Shown piece after piece: positions 30,924-39,909 of a stretch of DNA of 39,909 nt. Source of the DNA: a bacterium (lineage in GTDB: Bacteria > Oederibacteriota > JAJYGY01 > DAIDJD01); the NCBI GenBank assembly GCA_035485275.1, contig DATHOE010000036.1, positions 1 to 39,909 on the forward strand, in the 5' to 3' direction. The stretch's first letter is position 1. Every line of letters starts with the position of its first letter. A program made the position numbers and the translations under genes. Below the pieces are notes generated by a model. It ran no database searches and was not told the origin of the DNA. It saw nothing but the letters and a program-made list of their open reading frames with translations.

Positions 30924-31915
30924 CGCGCCTCCGCGCAAATGAGCTGGGCCCCCCCGGGGCCGGCTTGGACGCGGCAGGGCAGGGCGGACGGGACCAGGCT
31001 GCAGGCGCCGTGGGCCATGGGCCAGGCCGCGGGATCCCCCGCCGTCCGGATCTCCGCCCCGCCCCTCACCGGGAAAAGCACCCGCATGCGGCCCTGGACC
31101 TCCACCGACGCGTCGGCGTCCAGGGTCCAGCGTTCCACCAGGAAATCCCCGTTCGACACGAGCTCCTCGCGCCGCCCCCAGGGCTGCGGGATCGCGGCCG
31201 GGGCCACCAGCCCCTGGCCCGTGCCCAGGGCGTCGAAACGCAGGGCCCGCTCCGCCTCGCGCAGATGGAGCGCGCGGGCCTGTCCCCTTTCCAGGCGCCC
31301 GTAGTCCCAAAGGCGGTAGGTCCAGTCGCTGTTGGACTGGACCTCCAGCACCAAACATCCGGCCCCCAGCGCGTGGGGGCGCCCGGCGGGGACGTCGATG
31401 ACGTCCCCGGCCTTGACCGGGACGCGGTGCAGAAGATCGACGACCGCGTGCCCGGCGACCGCCGCCTTCAGCGCCGCCCAGGTGGTTCCGGGCTTGAACC
31501 CGTTGAGCACCGAAGCGCCGGGCGCGGCCTCCAGCACGACCCACATCTCGTTCTTGCCGCGGGCCTGGGGCCCGTGCAGGGCCTGGGCCAGGGCGTCGTC
31601 GGGGTGCACCTGCACGCTCAAGTTTTCGGCGGCGTCCAAAAGCTTGATCAGCAGGGGAAAGCGGCCCTGCACCGCGCCCCTTCCCTGCCCATAGAGGCCC
31701 TGGCCCCAGCTCCGGGCCAGCTCGGCCAGGGAACGGCCCCGGGCCGGGCCTTGGATGCACAGCGGGCTGCCTTCAGCGTCGTCGAAAAGCTCCCAGCATT
31801 CGCCGAAGGCGCCCCCCTCCGGGAGCTTTTTCCCCCAACGCCCGAGGTTCCTGGCTCCCCAAATCTTGGGCAAGAGGCGCGGTTCAAAGGCCGCCAGGCA
31901 AAGATCAGGCTGCAT
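30920..31915 (-). CDS. type I mannose-6-phosphate isomerase
   Basis: ATG at 31915 overlaps the upstream gene (ATGCATGCAGCCTGA). LPKIWGARNLG...WELFDD...LLIKLLDAAENLSVQVHPDD, the class I PMI zinc-site motif. Confidence 0.8.
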   Translation of the reverse strand: MQPDLCLAAFEPRLLPKIWGARNLGRWGKKLPEGGAFGECWELFDDAEGSPLCIQGPARGRSLAELARSWGQGLYGQGRGAVQGRFPLLIKLLDAAENLSVQVHPDDALAQALHGPQARGKNEMWVVLEAAPGASVLNGFKPGTTWAALKAAVAGHAVVDLLHRVPVKAGDVIDVPAGRPHALGAGCLVLEVQSNSDWTYRLWDYGRLERGQARALHLREAERALRFDALGTGQGLVAPAAIPQPWGRREELVSNGDFLVERWTLDADASVEVQGRMRVLFPVRGGAEIRTAGDPAAWPMAHGACSLVPSALPCRVQAGPGGAQLICAEAR

Positions 31916-33026
31916 GCATCCCTTTCGAGGCCCCGCATAGGGCTTGTAAATCCTCAAGCCGGGCGCTGCGCCCGGTTTTCACGTAGTGCCCGGAGGCCAG
32001 CACCGCCAGTCCGGCCGCCCTCTCCGGAGGCAGGCCGTGCAGCCATCCGTAACAGAAAGCGGCGTTGAAGTGGTCCCCGCCGCCGGTGGAGAGCAGGGGC
32101 TTTTCGACCAGCTCTCCCGGCAGGGTCCGGGCCCCGCTTGAGTCCGCCACCACGGCGCCGCGGCGCGGATGGATCAGCACGAGATCCAGGGACAGCGCCT
32201 CGTGCAGTCGCCCTCCGAGTGCCTCCAGCCCTCCCTGCGCCGCATCCAGGCCCAAGAGCCCGGCCAGCTTCCGGGCCTCGTTCTCGTTCAGGCCCAGGGC
32301 CAGCTCGGCGTGCTTCCGGTAGCGGCGCAGCAGGGCGGCCAATTCGGAGATCTCCGCGGCGCCCGCGCGGCTGATGTCCGCCAGGTCCACGAACACTTTC
32401 TTCGGGGAGGCCGGACCCGCGCCGCCTTCAAGGGCCCTCTCCAAAAGGCCGCGCCACAGGTCCGTGGCCCGGGGCATGTTGGCCCAGCCCAAAAGGGCTA
32501 TCAGGTCGCTGCCCGAGGCCAGCGAAGCCAGGCCTTCCTCCCCCGCCGCGGAGGCCACGCAAGGCCAGTCCAGCCCGTCGAAGGACCGGGAATCGTTGAA
32601 CATGAGCTTTCCGTCGTCGAACTCCAGCGCCATGGTCCGGGCCGGCGGGGCCACGCTGTGCAGTTCGCAGCCGGCCGCGGCCAGCGGCGCGAAGATGGGG
32701 TCAATGGACGGCGGCGCACCCAGGGCGCCGACGCAGGCCGTGGAGACGCCCAGGGCGCTCAGTCCTGCGGCCATCAGCGGCGCATTCCCCCCGGCCCGCG
32801 CGCCCAGGAAGGACAGTTCGAAGCCTCCGCTGCGGCCCGCCCGGCCCAGGAGGTCCCGGGCGAAGTCGGGGATGGCGGGAAAGGCGTTTTTCGACCCGCC
32901 GGTGTGGTCCCGGATGACCCTGTACAGGGAGTCGACAAAACCGTCGAAGCCGAGCAAAGCCCGGCGCGGCGCCTTGGGGGCCCCGAAAAAATCCGCCCAG
33001 GCGAGATCCCGCGGCAAGGCGCCCAC
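31905..33026 (-). CDS. PfkB-family carbohydrate kinase (sugar specificity unknown)
   Basis: GTG start overlapping the MFS stop (TGAGGTG). C-terminal GGGDHFNAAFCYGWL anion-hole motif. Confidence 0.65.
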   Translation of the reverse strand: MGALPRDLAWADFFGAPKAPRRALLGFDGFVDSLYRVIRDHTGGSKNAFPAIPDFARDLLGRAGRSGGFELSFLGARAGGNAPLMAAGLSALGVSTACVGALGAPPSIDPIFAPLAAAGCELHSVAPPARTMALEFDDGKLMFNDSRSFDGLDWPCVASAAGEEGLASLASGSDLIALLGWANMPRATDLWRGLLERALEGGAGPASPKKVFVDLADISRAGAAEISELAALLRRYRKHAELALGLNENEARKLAGLLGLDAAQGGLEALGGRLHEALSLDLVLIHPRRGAVVADSSGARTLPGELVEKPLLSTGGGDHFNAAFCYGWLHGLPPERAAGLAVLASGHYVKTGRSARLEDLQALCGASKGMHAA

Positions 33027-33027
33027 C

Positions 33028-34269
33028 TCAGGCCGCTCCAGCTTCGCGCTCCAGGGACGAAAGATGCAGGAGCTCCGGGAACACGCGGCCCGCCCCCAGC
33101 ACCACCACCAGCACGGCGGCCCCGCCCAGCAGCACCGAGCCCACCGGCCCCAGCAGTCCGGCCGTGATGCCGCTTTCACATTCACCCAGCTCGTTGGAGG
33201 AGCCGATGAACAGGAAATTCACCGCCTGCACCCGGCCGCGAAGCGCCTCAGGCGTGCGCATCTGCACCATGGTCTGGCGCACGTAGACGCTGATCTGGTC
33301 GAGCATGCCGGAGACCACGAGGGCCGCGAGCGAAAGGTCCAGGCGCCGGGAGAGGCCGAAGACCAGCATGCAGACCCCGAATCCGCCCACGGCCCACAGC
33401 ATGGCCCTGCCCGGACGCGGCAGGACGGGCCGGTGGGCGAGGCGGAAGCCCATCATCAGGGAGCCGGCGAAGGGGGCGGCCATCAGGGCGCCCTGGCCGA
33501 AGGCGCCGCAGTGCAGGATGTCCAAGGCGAACATCGGCGCGATGCCGGAGGCGCCGCCGAAGAGGACCGCCACCAGGTCCACGCTCATGGCCCCCAGGAT
33601 GGGTTTCTGGGCCCACACGAACTTGAAGCCGCCCAGCAGCTTCTCGCGCAGGGGCTCCTGCGCCGGCGCGGGGACTTCCCGCAGGGTCTTGAGCCCGGGA
33701 AGCAGGGCCAGGTAGAGCAAGGGGCCGGCAACCGCGAACAAGAGCGCGTGCGGCACGCCGATGCAGTCCACGAGCAGGCCGCCGGTCAAGAGGCCTGTCA
33801 GGGTGCCGGCCTGGTTGGTGGCGCTGTTCCAGCTCACCCCGCGGGGCACCTCTTGGGGCTCCAAAAGCTGGGGATAGAGCGAGACCCCGGAAGGCGTCAG
33901 CGTGGCCCTGCCGCAGCCCGACAGGAACAAGAGCGGATACCAGGGCCACTCGGGCCCCCCCCATCCCGTCAGCAGGGCCAGGCCGGCCGCGGCCAGGACC
34001 TGCAAAACCAGTGCGCAGGCCATCACCCGGCGCCGGGGGAAATGGTCCGAAGCCCAGCCCGCGGGGAGGCTCAACAGGAAAGTGGGCAGGTAGCTCATCA
34101 GGCCCACCAGGGCCAGGGGCCAGGCGGACTTGGTGATTTGGTACAGATGGTAGCCGGCCGCCACCCGCAGGATCTGGGCGGCGATTTCGGTCACCAAGGA
34201 CCCGGAAACGTAACGGCGGAAGGGCGCCCGGCGCAGCGGGCCATAGGGATCGTTGGGGGGCGTCGTCAT
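33028..34269 (-). CDS. MFS transporter
   Basis: 413 aa, 12 predicted TM helices. MFS loop motif (SDHFPRRRV). Confidence 0.8.
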   Translation of the reverse strand: MTTPPNDPYGPLRRAPFRRYVSGSLVTEIAAQILRVAAGYHLYQITKSAWPLALVGLMSYLPTFLLSLPAGWASDHFPRRRVMACALVLQVLAAAGLALLTGWGGPEWPWYPLLFLSGCGRATLTPSGVSLYPQLLEPQEVPRGVSWNSATNQAGTLTGLLTGGLLVDCIGVPHALLFAVAGPLLYLALLPGLKTLREVPAPAQEPLREKLLGGFKFVWAQKPILGAMSVDLVAVLFGGASGIAPMFALDILHCGAFGQGALMAAPFAGSLMMGFRLAHRPVLPRPGRAMLWAVGGFGVCMLVFGLSRRLDLSLAALVVSGMLDQISVYVRQTMVQMRTPEALRGRVQAVNFLFIGSSNELGECESGITAGLLGPVGSVLLGGAAVLVVVLGAGRVFPELLHLSSLEREAGAA

Positions 34270-34278
34270 TCAGGCGAC

Positions 34279-35136
34279 TCAGTCCCCGCTGCGCAGCGCC
34301 TTAGTGGCCACGGCCTTGACGGTCTCCATCAGCTCCAAAGGCACGGCGATCACGACCGTATTGGAGGCCGTAGGCCCCAGGCCGTCGATGGTCTGGAGCG
34401 TGCGCAGCTGCATGGCCCCGGGGCTCTTGGCCATGGTCTCCGCGGCGGCGGCCAGGTTGTCCGCGGCTTCGCGGTCGCCCTGGGCCTTGGTGATGGTGGC
34501 GCGCTTTTCGCGCTCGGCCGAGGCCTGGCGGGACATCATCTTCTTGAGGTCCTCGGGCATGTCCACGTCCTGGATGTTGATGCCCGTGACCTCCAGGCCC
34601 CAGCCCAAGGTGTCGTCGACCACGGCCTTCTTGATCATCTTGGCGATCTGCTCCCGTTCGCTGAGCAGCTGGTCCAGGCTCATCTGCCCGATCACGTCGC
34701 GCAGGGCCGTCTGCGCGTACTGGGAAATGGCGTAACGGTAGTCCTGCACCTTGATGATGGCGTCCTCGACCTTGTCGACCCGGAAATAGATGACGCCGTT
34801 GATCTTCACCGGGACATTGTCCTTGGTGATCACCTGCTGGGAGGGGATGTCCATGGCCCGGATGCGCGTGTCCACCAGGGTCACGGTGTCCACGATGGGG
34901 ATGACCAGGAAGAGGCCGGGCCCCTTGGTTTCAAGGTATTTCCCCAGGCGGAACACCACCGCCCGCTCCCATTGGGCGGCCAAGCGCACGCCATTGGCCA
35001 CGATGATGTCTGCGATGAGCCAGCCCAGGCCCAGCAGCGTGCCGGCCACGGGGTTGTTTTGGCCGACGGCGGCGGCCAGGGCCGCGCCCACCAGCAGGAG
35101 CAGGAAAAAGATGAGCATGGAAAGGTAGTTAGTCAT
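34279..35136 (-). CDS. SPFH/band-7 (stomatin-like) membrane protein
   Basis: ATG at 35136 with GGAG RBS. N-terminal TM helix then the band-7 domain (RLAAQWERAVVFRLGKYLETKGPGLFLVIP...). 285 aa. Confidence 0.85.
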   Translation of the reverse strand: MTNYLSMLIFFLLLLVGAALAAAVGQNNPVAGTLLGLGWLIADIIVANGVRLAAQWERAVVFRLGKYLETKGPGLFLVIPIVDTVTLVDTRIRAMDIPSQQVITKDNVPVKINGVIYFRVDKVEDAIIKVQDYRYAISQYAQTALRDVIGQMSLDQLLSEREQIAKMIKKAVVDDTLGWGLEVTGINIQDVDMPEDLKKMMSRQASAEREKRATITKAQGDREAADNLAAAAETMAKSPGAMQLRTLQTIDGLGPTASNTVVIAVPLELMETVKAVATKALRSGD

Positions 35137-35211
35137 GGGTCTCCCTAAAGGGGCCTCACGGCGTGATTCGAAGGCGGCCATTGTACCAGAACCCTAGGGT
35201 CTGCGCGGCCC

Positions 35212-35826
35212 CTAGTCTTTCCCTTCCCTTTTTGCGAACGCCGAGGGGGGCAATCCCCGCCCCAAGCCCGGGCAAAGCAGGAGGTGGCGTCCGAAGCGCG
35301 GCCGGGGCAGCCCGGCGCGTCCGGCCAGGGCCCGGATCATGGAATTGCAGTTGTATCCCCTGCCGCTGATCCGGCTCCAGGCCGTGAAATCCAGGGCCTG
35401 GGCATAGGCGTCCGCGGCTTCCAGCAGGGCCGAAATGCGGCCGTTCTCCTCAAGGGCGTCCGCGCAGGGGATGGGCTCCTCAAAGCCCACCGGATCCCCC
35501 AGGTCGAAGCCCCGGTTGAACTCCAAAAACAGCTTTCCGGCCCGCGGCCCCGCGCCCAGGGTGCAGTACGAGGATCCGGCCGCGTCCCTGCGGATGAAAA
35601 GGTCCGGACGGCGACCGGCCCAGCCCTGGTCCGTGGGCGTGATGCGGATGAAGAGATGCTGGAATGGGAGGCGTTTGTCCGCGCGGTGCGAACAGTACCA
35701 TAGGCCGGGCCTTGGGGGAGGCGCCGGAGGCAGGGGGATGCGCGGCGCCTCGAGGCTGTAGAGCCTCCACAAGAGGGCGCCCAGCAGGGCGAGGGGCGTC
35801 AGGATCACCAGCAGGAGGCAGGCCAT
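35212..35826 (-). CDS. hypothetical membrane-anchored protein
   Basis: 204 aa. N-terminal TM (MACLLLVILTPLALLGALLW), Pro-rich linker, conserved-looking Cys/His-containing domain. Family not assigned. Confidence 0.5.
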   Translation of the reverse strand: MACLLLVILTPLALLGALLWRLYSLEAPRIPLPPAPPPRPGLWYCSHRADKRLPFQHLFIRITPTDQGWAGRRPDLFIRRDAAGSSYCTLGAGPRAGKLFLEFNRGFDLGDPVGFEEPIPCADALEENGRISALLEAADAYAQALDFTAWSRISGRGYNCNSMIRALAGRAGLPRPRFGRHLLLCPGLGRGLPPSAFAKREGKD

Positions 35827-35942
35827 TCCTCCTAATCCTATACCAGGAAGGCGCTTGGGGTTCCATAAGAAGAACCAAAAAAAATGCCTAAAAAAACGCG
35901 AAAAATATTTAAACCCCAGGCGCTTTTCAATACACTGCTGGC

Positions 35943-36563
35943 ATGAAAAAAATGATCCAAGGCATCATGGAATTCCGACGTTCCCGCCGCGAAGGCATGC
36001 GGGAGCTTTTCGCCACCCTGGCCCTCGGCCAGAAGCCGGATTGCCTGTTCATCGCCTGTTCCGACAGCCGCGTGGCGGCCAATGTTTTCGCTTCCACGGA
36101 CCCCGGCGACCTCTTCGTGATACGCAATCTTGGCAACATTATGCCGCCCTTCCCGGACGGCGGATCGGCCGTGGCGGCCCTCGAATTCGCCCTGGAATCC
36201 CTGAAGGTCAGCCACATCGTGGTCTGCGGCCATTCGGACTGCGGCGCCATGCTGGCCCTCACCAGGAGCCATGAAAGCCCCGGCAACACGCCCCTGGCCA
36301 AGTGGCTGCGCCACGCCCAGGCCGCGGATGTTCCCGAGGACGGCCACAACCAGGACTTCCTGTCCCAGCGCAACGTGTCCGTGCAATTGGAAAACCTGCG
36401 CAGCCACCCGATGGTCCGCGAACGGGAGGCCTCGGGAAGCCTGAAGCTCCATGGTTTGTGGTTCAACATCCGCCACGCGGAAGTGCACTATCTCGAGAAC
36501 GCTCCCAAAAATTTTGTCCTCATCGACGACAAGGAAGGGGCCGCCATCCTGGACCGGCTCTAA
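35943..36563 (+). CDS. beta-class carbonic anhydrase
   Basis: CSDSRV ... HSDCGA zinc-ligand motifs. 206 aa. Confidence 0.85.
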   Translation: MKKMIQGIMEFRRSRREGMRELFATLALGQKPDCLFIACSDSRVAANVFASTDPGDLFVIRNLGNIMPPFPDGGSAVAALEFALESLKVSHIVVCGHSDCGAMLALTRSHESPGNTPLAKWLRHAQAADVPEDGHNQDFLSQRNVSVQLENLRSHPMVREREASGSLKLHGLWFNIRHAEVHYLENAPKNFVLIDDKEGAAILDRL

Positions 36564-36588
36564 GCGCCAAAAAATTTGTCCCAAACGC

Positions 36589-39500
36589 CTAACGGACGAC
36601 GGCCACCTTCAGCACCCGCCTGGCCAGCACTCCGCCGGAAGCCCCTCGGACCTCGAAATCAAGCAGGTAAACGCCGGCGCTCCAGCCGCCGGAAAGGCGC
36701 ATGCTGCCGCTGCCGGTGGACACGCCATCCCCCACCCATTGCCCCGCCATGTCGTAGAGGCGGGCCGCGGCCGTGTCCGTGCCGTCGGAAGTGTACTGGA
36801 CCGTGAACCATCCATCCTGCACCGGGTTGGGCCGGACCAGGGCGCTCCGCGCCATGCCGGCCGCGGACGTCGCCGCGACGTCCAGGAGCACAAAGGGCAG
36901 TGATTTGACCGTCACGCTCGCGCCGGGCATGGATTGGGACAGGACCGCCAGGTAGTTTCCCGGCTGCAGGGCCTGCCCCTGGCTGCCCATCCCGCTCCAA
37001 ACCACCGTCTGGGTGGCGCCGCCGGAGAAGGTCAGCTTGATGCTCAGGCCTCCCAGCGCCGGATTGGAGGACGCGACCACGCCCGTGCCGCTCTGGCCGT
37101 TGGCCGGCGTCAGGCTCATTCCGACGGGCGCGCTGGTCTGTCCCGCCAGGGCCGGGCTCAAGTCCGCGACCAGCTCCCCGGAGCTGTTGTAGATCTTCAG
37201 CGAGGCCGAACCGGCCGGCTCCACCACCGACACGGCCTTGGACTGGGCCTGGACCTGGCCGAAGTCGTTCGTTGAGGTGATCTGCACCGTGTAGATGCCG
37301 CTGGCGACCGTCTGGCCGCCGTTGTTGTTGGTGTTCCAGACCAGGTTGGAGCCGGCGTTCCCGTCCAGGCCGGTGATGTCCACCTGCAGTCCCCCGGACG
37401 GATCCGCGGTCTCGACCACCTGGGCCTGGCCGGCAGGATTTTCCGAGGTGCCGTTGTACAGGCTGCGGACCAGCTCACCGGCGCTGTTGTAGATGTTGAC
37501 CACGACCGAATAGGGCTCGGGCACGGGCGTCGCGGACGCGGTGAAGGTCTGCGTCATGGTGAAGGTCCGGGTGAGCGTGGGCGAGCTGGTCCGGGTCGCA
37601 GAGGGCGTGGCGGTCCGGCTCGGGGTCGAGCTCAGGGTCTCAGTGAGGCTGGGCGTGTCCGTGGCCGACGCGGTACGGGTGGGGCTGTGGGTGCGCGTGG
37701 CGGTCTCGCTGGGAGTGTCCGTGGACGTGTTCTGCGGGCTGTCCGTGGCTGTGGCGGTGAAGGTAGGGGTGTCCGAGGGCGTCGAGGTCTCGGTGAAGCT
37801 GGGTGTGTCGGTGGCCGTGGAGCTCTCGGTCGAGGTCTCGGTGAAGGTCTCGGTCGAGGTCCGGGTCGGCGAGGCCGTGAAGCTCGGGGTGTCCGTGGGC
37901 GAGTCCGTGGCGGAATCGACCGGCGAGGCGGTGAAGCTCGGCGTGGCGCTCAGGGTGTAGGTGCGCGTGTCGCTGACCGTGGAGGTGGAGGTCTGGGTGA
38001 AGCTCTCCGTGGGGGTCTGGGTCGAGGTCCTGGTCGGGGAGGCCGTGAAGCTGCTGGTCGGCGAGGCGCCCAGGGTCGGGGTCTCGGTCGAGGACTGGGT
38101 CCAGCTCTCCGTCGGCGACTCGGTGAAGGTCTTGGTCGACGACATCGTGGAGGTCTCGGTCGGCGAGAAGGTGAAGGTATAGGTGTTCGTCGCCGAACCC
38201 GTGGACTGCAGGGTGGAGGTCGGGCTGGCCGTGAAGGTCCTGGTCGGGGACACCGTGGAGGTCTGGGTGGGCGAGGCCGTGGACGTGAAGCTGTTGGTGG
38301 GTGAGGCGGTGAAGGTCCTGGTGGGCGAGGCCGTGGAGGTCTCGGTGGGCGACACGGTGAAGGTGTAGGTGTTCGTGGCCGAGCCCGTGGACTGCAGGGT
38401 GAAGGTCGGGCTGGCCGTGAAGGTCCTGGTCGGGGACGCGGTGGAGGTCTGGGTCGGCGAGGCCGTGAAAGTCCTGGTCGGGGAGGGCGTGAAGGATTGC
38501 GTGGGCGAGGCCGTGAAGCTGCTCGTGGGCGTGGCGCTGAAGCTGTTGGTGGGCGAGGCGGTGAAGGTCTTGGTGGGCGAGGCCGTGAAGGTTTCGGTCG
38601 GCGACACGGTGAAGGTGTAGGTGTTCGTGGCCGATCCCGTGGACTGCAGGGTGAAGGTCGGGCTGGCCGTGAAGGTGTTGGTCGGGGACACCGTGTCCGT
38701 CTTCGTCGGGGAGGCCGTGAAGGTCCTGGTCGGCGACGGCGTGAAGGACTGCGTGGGCGAGGCCGTGAAGCTGCTGGTCGGCGAGAAGGTGACCGTGTTC
38801 GTCGGCGAGGGCGTGAAGGTCTTGGTCGGCGAGGGGGTGAAGCTGCTGGTGGGCGAGGGAGTGAAGGTCAGGGTCGGGCTGGCCGTGAAGGTCCTGGTCG
38901 GCGAGACCGAGAACGTGGGGCTGTCCGTCACCGTGCCCGTGGGCAGCAGGGTCGGGGTGTCGCTCACGGTGAAGCTCTGGGTCGGCGACGGCGTGAAGGT
39001 CTTGGTCGGAGAAGCCGTGAAGGTGTTCGTGGGGGAGGGCGTGAAGCTGCTCGTCGGGGACACCGTGATCGACTTGGTCGGCGAGGGCGTGAAGGTGTTG
39101 GTCGGGGAGAAGGTGAAGGTGCTGGTCGAGGTCACCGTGAAGGTGTTCGTCGGCGACACCGTGTTCGTCTTCGTGGGGGAGTCCGTGAAGGTGTTGGTCG
39201 GGGACACCGTGTTCGTCTTCGTCGGGCTGTCCGTGAAGGTGCTCGTCGGCGAGAAGGTGACCGTGTTCGTCGGGGACACCGTGATCGTCTTGGTCGGCGA
39301 GGGCGTGAAGGTGTTGGTCGGGGAGTACGTGAAGGTGCTGGTCGACGAAACCGTGAAGGTGTTCGTCGGGGACACCGTGTTCGTCTTGGTCGGGGAGTCC
39401 GTGAAGGTCTTGGTCGGCGAGGGCGTGAAGGTGTTGGTCGGGGAGAACGTGAAGGTGTTCGTCGGCGACGGCGTGAAGGTCTTGGTCGGGGAGAACGTGA

Positions 39501-39909
39501 AGGTGTTGGTCGGCGACACCGTGAAGGTGTTGGTCGGCGAATCCGTGTTGGTGGGGCTCGGGGGCACGGTGAAGGTCTTGGTCGGGGACGGCGTGTAGGT
39601 CTTGGTGGGGGTGTCCGTGAAGGTGCTCGTGACGGTCTTGGTGAAGCTCGGCGTGTCGCTGGGCGTGCTGCAGTTCGGGGCAGCGTTGATTTCCACGGCC
39701 TCATAGGCCCAGGAGGACTCGTCCTGGTTGGTGTTGTAGGTGATGGGGTAGGTCACGTTGGCCGCGGCCGCCTGGTAGTAGGACCCGAAGGCGTAGTTGC
39801 CGTTGCCCGTGGAGGCGGCCGTGCTCCCCCACAGCGGCTGCCCGTTGCCCGTGTTGACCGTCGTGTTGGAATAGGCCACGTAGTCCTGGATCAGGCTGTT
39901 GGCGTTGTT
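36589..39909 (-). CDS. large Thr/Ser/Pro-rich tandem-repeat secreted protein (mucin-like), N-terminus beyond window; C-terminal triple FlgD-Ig-like/T9SS-tail-like region
   Basis: Frame stays open from 39879 to the window end at 39909. ~600 aa of SPT(N/K)TFT(P/A/V) 8-aa repeats with higher-order ~62-aa units. C-terminal 300 aa paralogous to the gene at 1..1823. Confidence 0.75.
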   Translation of the reverse strand, partial: NNANSLIQDYVAYSNTTVNTGNGQPLWGSTAASTGNGNYAFGSYYQAAAANVTYPITYNTNQDESSWAYEAVEINAAPNCSTPSDTPSFTKTVTSTFTDTPTKTYTPSPTKTFTVPPSPTNTDSPTNTFTVSPTNTFTFSPTKTFTPSPTNTFTFSPTNTFTPSPTKTFTDSPTKTNTVSPTNTFTVSSTSTFTYSPTNTFTPSPTKTITVSPTNTVTFSPTSTFTDSPTKTNTVSPTNTFTDSPTKTNTVSPTNTFTVTSTSTFTFSPTNTFTPSPTKSITVSPTSSFTPSPTNTFTASPTKTFTPSPTQSFTVSDTPTLLPTGTVTDSPTFSVSPTRTFTASPTLTFTPSPTSSFTPSPTKTFTPSPTNTVTFSPTSSFTASPTQSFTPSPTRTFTASPTKTDTVSPTNTFTASPTFTLQSTGSATNTYTFTVSPTETFTASPTKTFTASPTNSFSATPTSSFTASPTQSFTPSPTRTFTASPTQTSTASPTRTFTASPTFTLQSTGSATNTYTFTVSPTETSTASPTRTFTASPTNSFTSTASPTQTSTVSPTRTFTASPTSTLQSTGSATNTYTFTFSPTETSTMSSTKTFTESPTESWTQSSTETPTLGASPTSSFTASPTRTSTQTPTESFTQTSTSTVSDTRTYTLSATPSFTASPVDSATDSPTDTPSFTASPTRTSTETFTETSTESSTATDTPSFTETSTPSDTPTFTATATDSPQNTSTDTPSETATRTHSPTRTASATDTPSLTETLSSTPSRTATPSATRTSSPTLTRTFTMTQTFTASATPVPEPYSVVVNIYNSAGELVRSLYNGTSENPAGQAQVVETADPSGGLQVDITGLDGNAGSNLVWNTNNNGGQTVASGIYTVQITSTNDFGQVQAQSKAVSVVEPAGSASLKIYNSSGELVADLSPALAGQTSAPVGMSLTPANGQSGTGVVASSNPALGGLSIKLTFSGGATQTVVWSGMGSQGQALQPGNYLAVLSQSMPGASVTVKSLPFVLLDVAATSAAGMARSALVRPNPVQDGWFTVQYTSDGTDTAAARLYDMAGQWVGDGVSTGSGSMRLSGGWSAGVYLLDFEVRGASGGVLARRVLKVAVVR
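37540..39600. repeat. in-frame 24-bp coding tandem repeats with higher-order ~186/252-bp units (38160-38880)
   Basis: Periodic antisense VKV-rich ORFs starting at 38183, 38369 and 38621 reflect the repeat period. In the protein the unit 'ASPTFTLQSTGSATNTYTFTVSPTETxTASPT' occurs three times. Confidence 0.7.

Noticed and set aside
37541-39598. Series of plus-strand VKV/VGE-rich ORFs (e.g. 38183, 38369, 38621)
   Set aside because: Antisense reading of the ACC/TCC/CCC (Thr/Ser/Pro) repeat codons of the giant minus-strand gene. Useful only as markers of repeat periodicity.
36900-39600. Possible CRISPR-like regular repeats
   Set aside because: The 24-bp periodicity is in-frame coding repeat (SPTxTFTx). 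No spacer-like unique sequences and no cas genes.

Overview
High-GC (~65-70%) bacterial chromosomal segment, probably from a T9SS-bearing phylum, though the phylum cannot be assigned from sequence alone. The backbone is ordinary housekeeping. A minus-strand block reads tRNA-Leu(UAG) -> hypothetical -> tig-clpP-clpX-lon-engB, which is the classic proteostasis synteny. Another minus-strand block holds serA and purA, with serC divergent from serA. A long minus-strand sugar block runs SPFH - MFS - PfkB kinase - mannose-6-P isomerase - eukaryotic-type phosphomannomutase (HAD-IIB) - purE - alpha-glucan phosphorylase - small STAS-like protein - two acyltransferase-3 (OafA-like) paralogues. The window also holds mgtC plus a hypothetical, a beta-carbonic anhydrase, and a classical autotransporter with a Gly-rich passenger. 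Accessory content: a VapB(Phd/YefM)-VapC(PIN) toxin-antitoxin pair with ATGA overlap; an outer-membrane beta-barrel gene; and an IS3-family element (orfA/orfB with an A7 -1 frameshift site and a 14-bp perfect terminal inverted repeat). The IS sits in a ~40%-GC islet that carries four small unrecognisable ORFs, two of them membrane proteins. Next to the islet are a 469-aa polytopic membrane protein (GT-C-like?) and, just upstream of it, a 5' half of a tRNA-Arg(UCU)-like gene truncated after the anticodon loop. The window starts and ends inside two inverted paralogues of a large Thr/Ser/Pro-rich tandem-repeat secreted protein. The two share a conserved ~300-aa C-terminal region of three FlgD-Ig-like modules ending in a T9SS-type sorting-tail-like motif. 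The most interesting candidates are the low-GC islet cassette and a possible protein/surface mannosylation module (PMI + eukaryotic-type PMM + GT-C-like membrane protein + OafA paralogues) whose likely substrates are the mucin-like TSP-repeat proteins.
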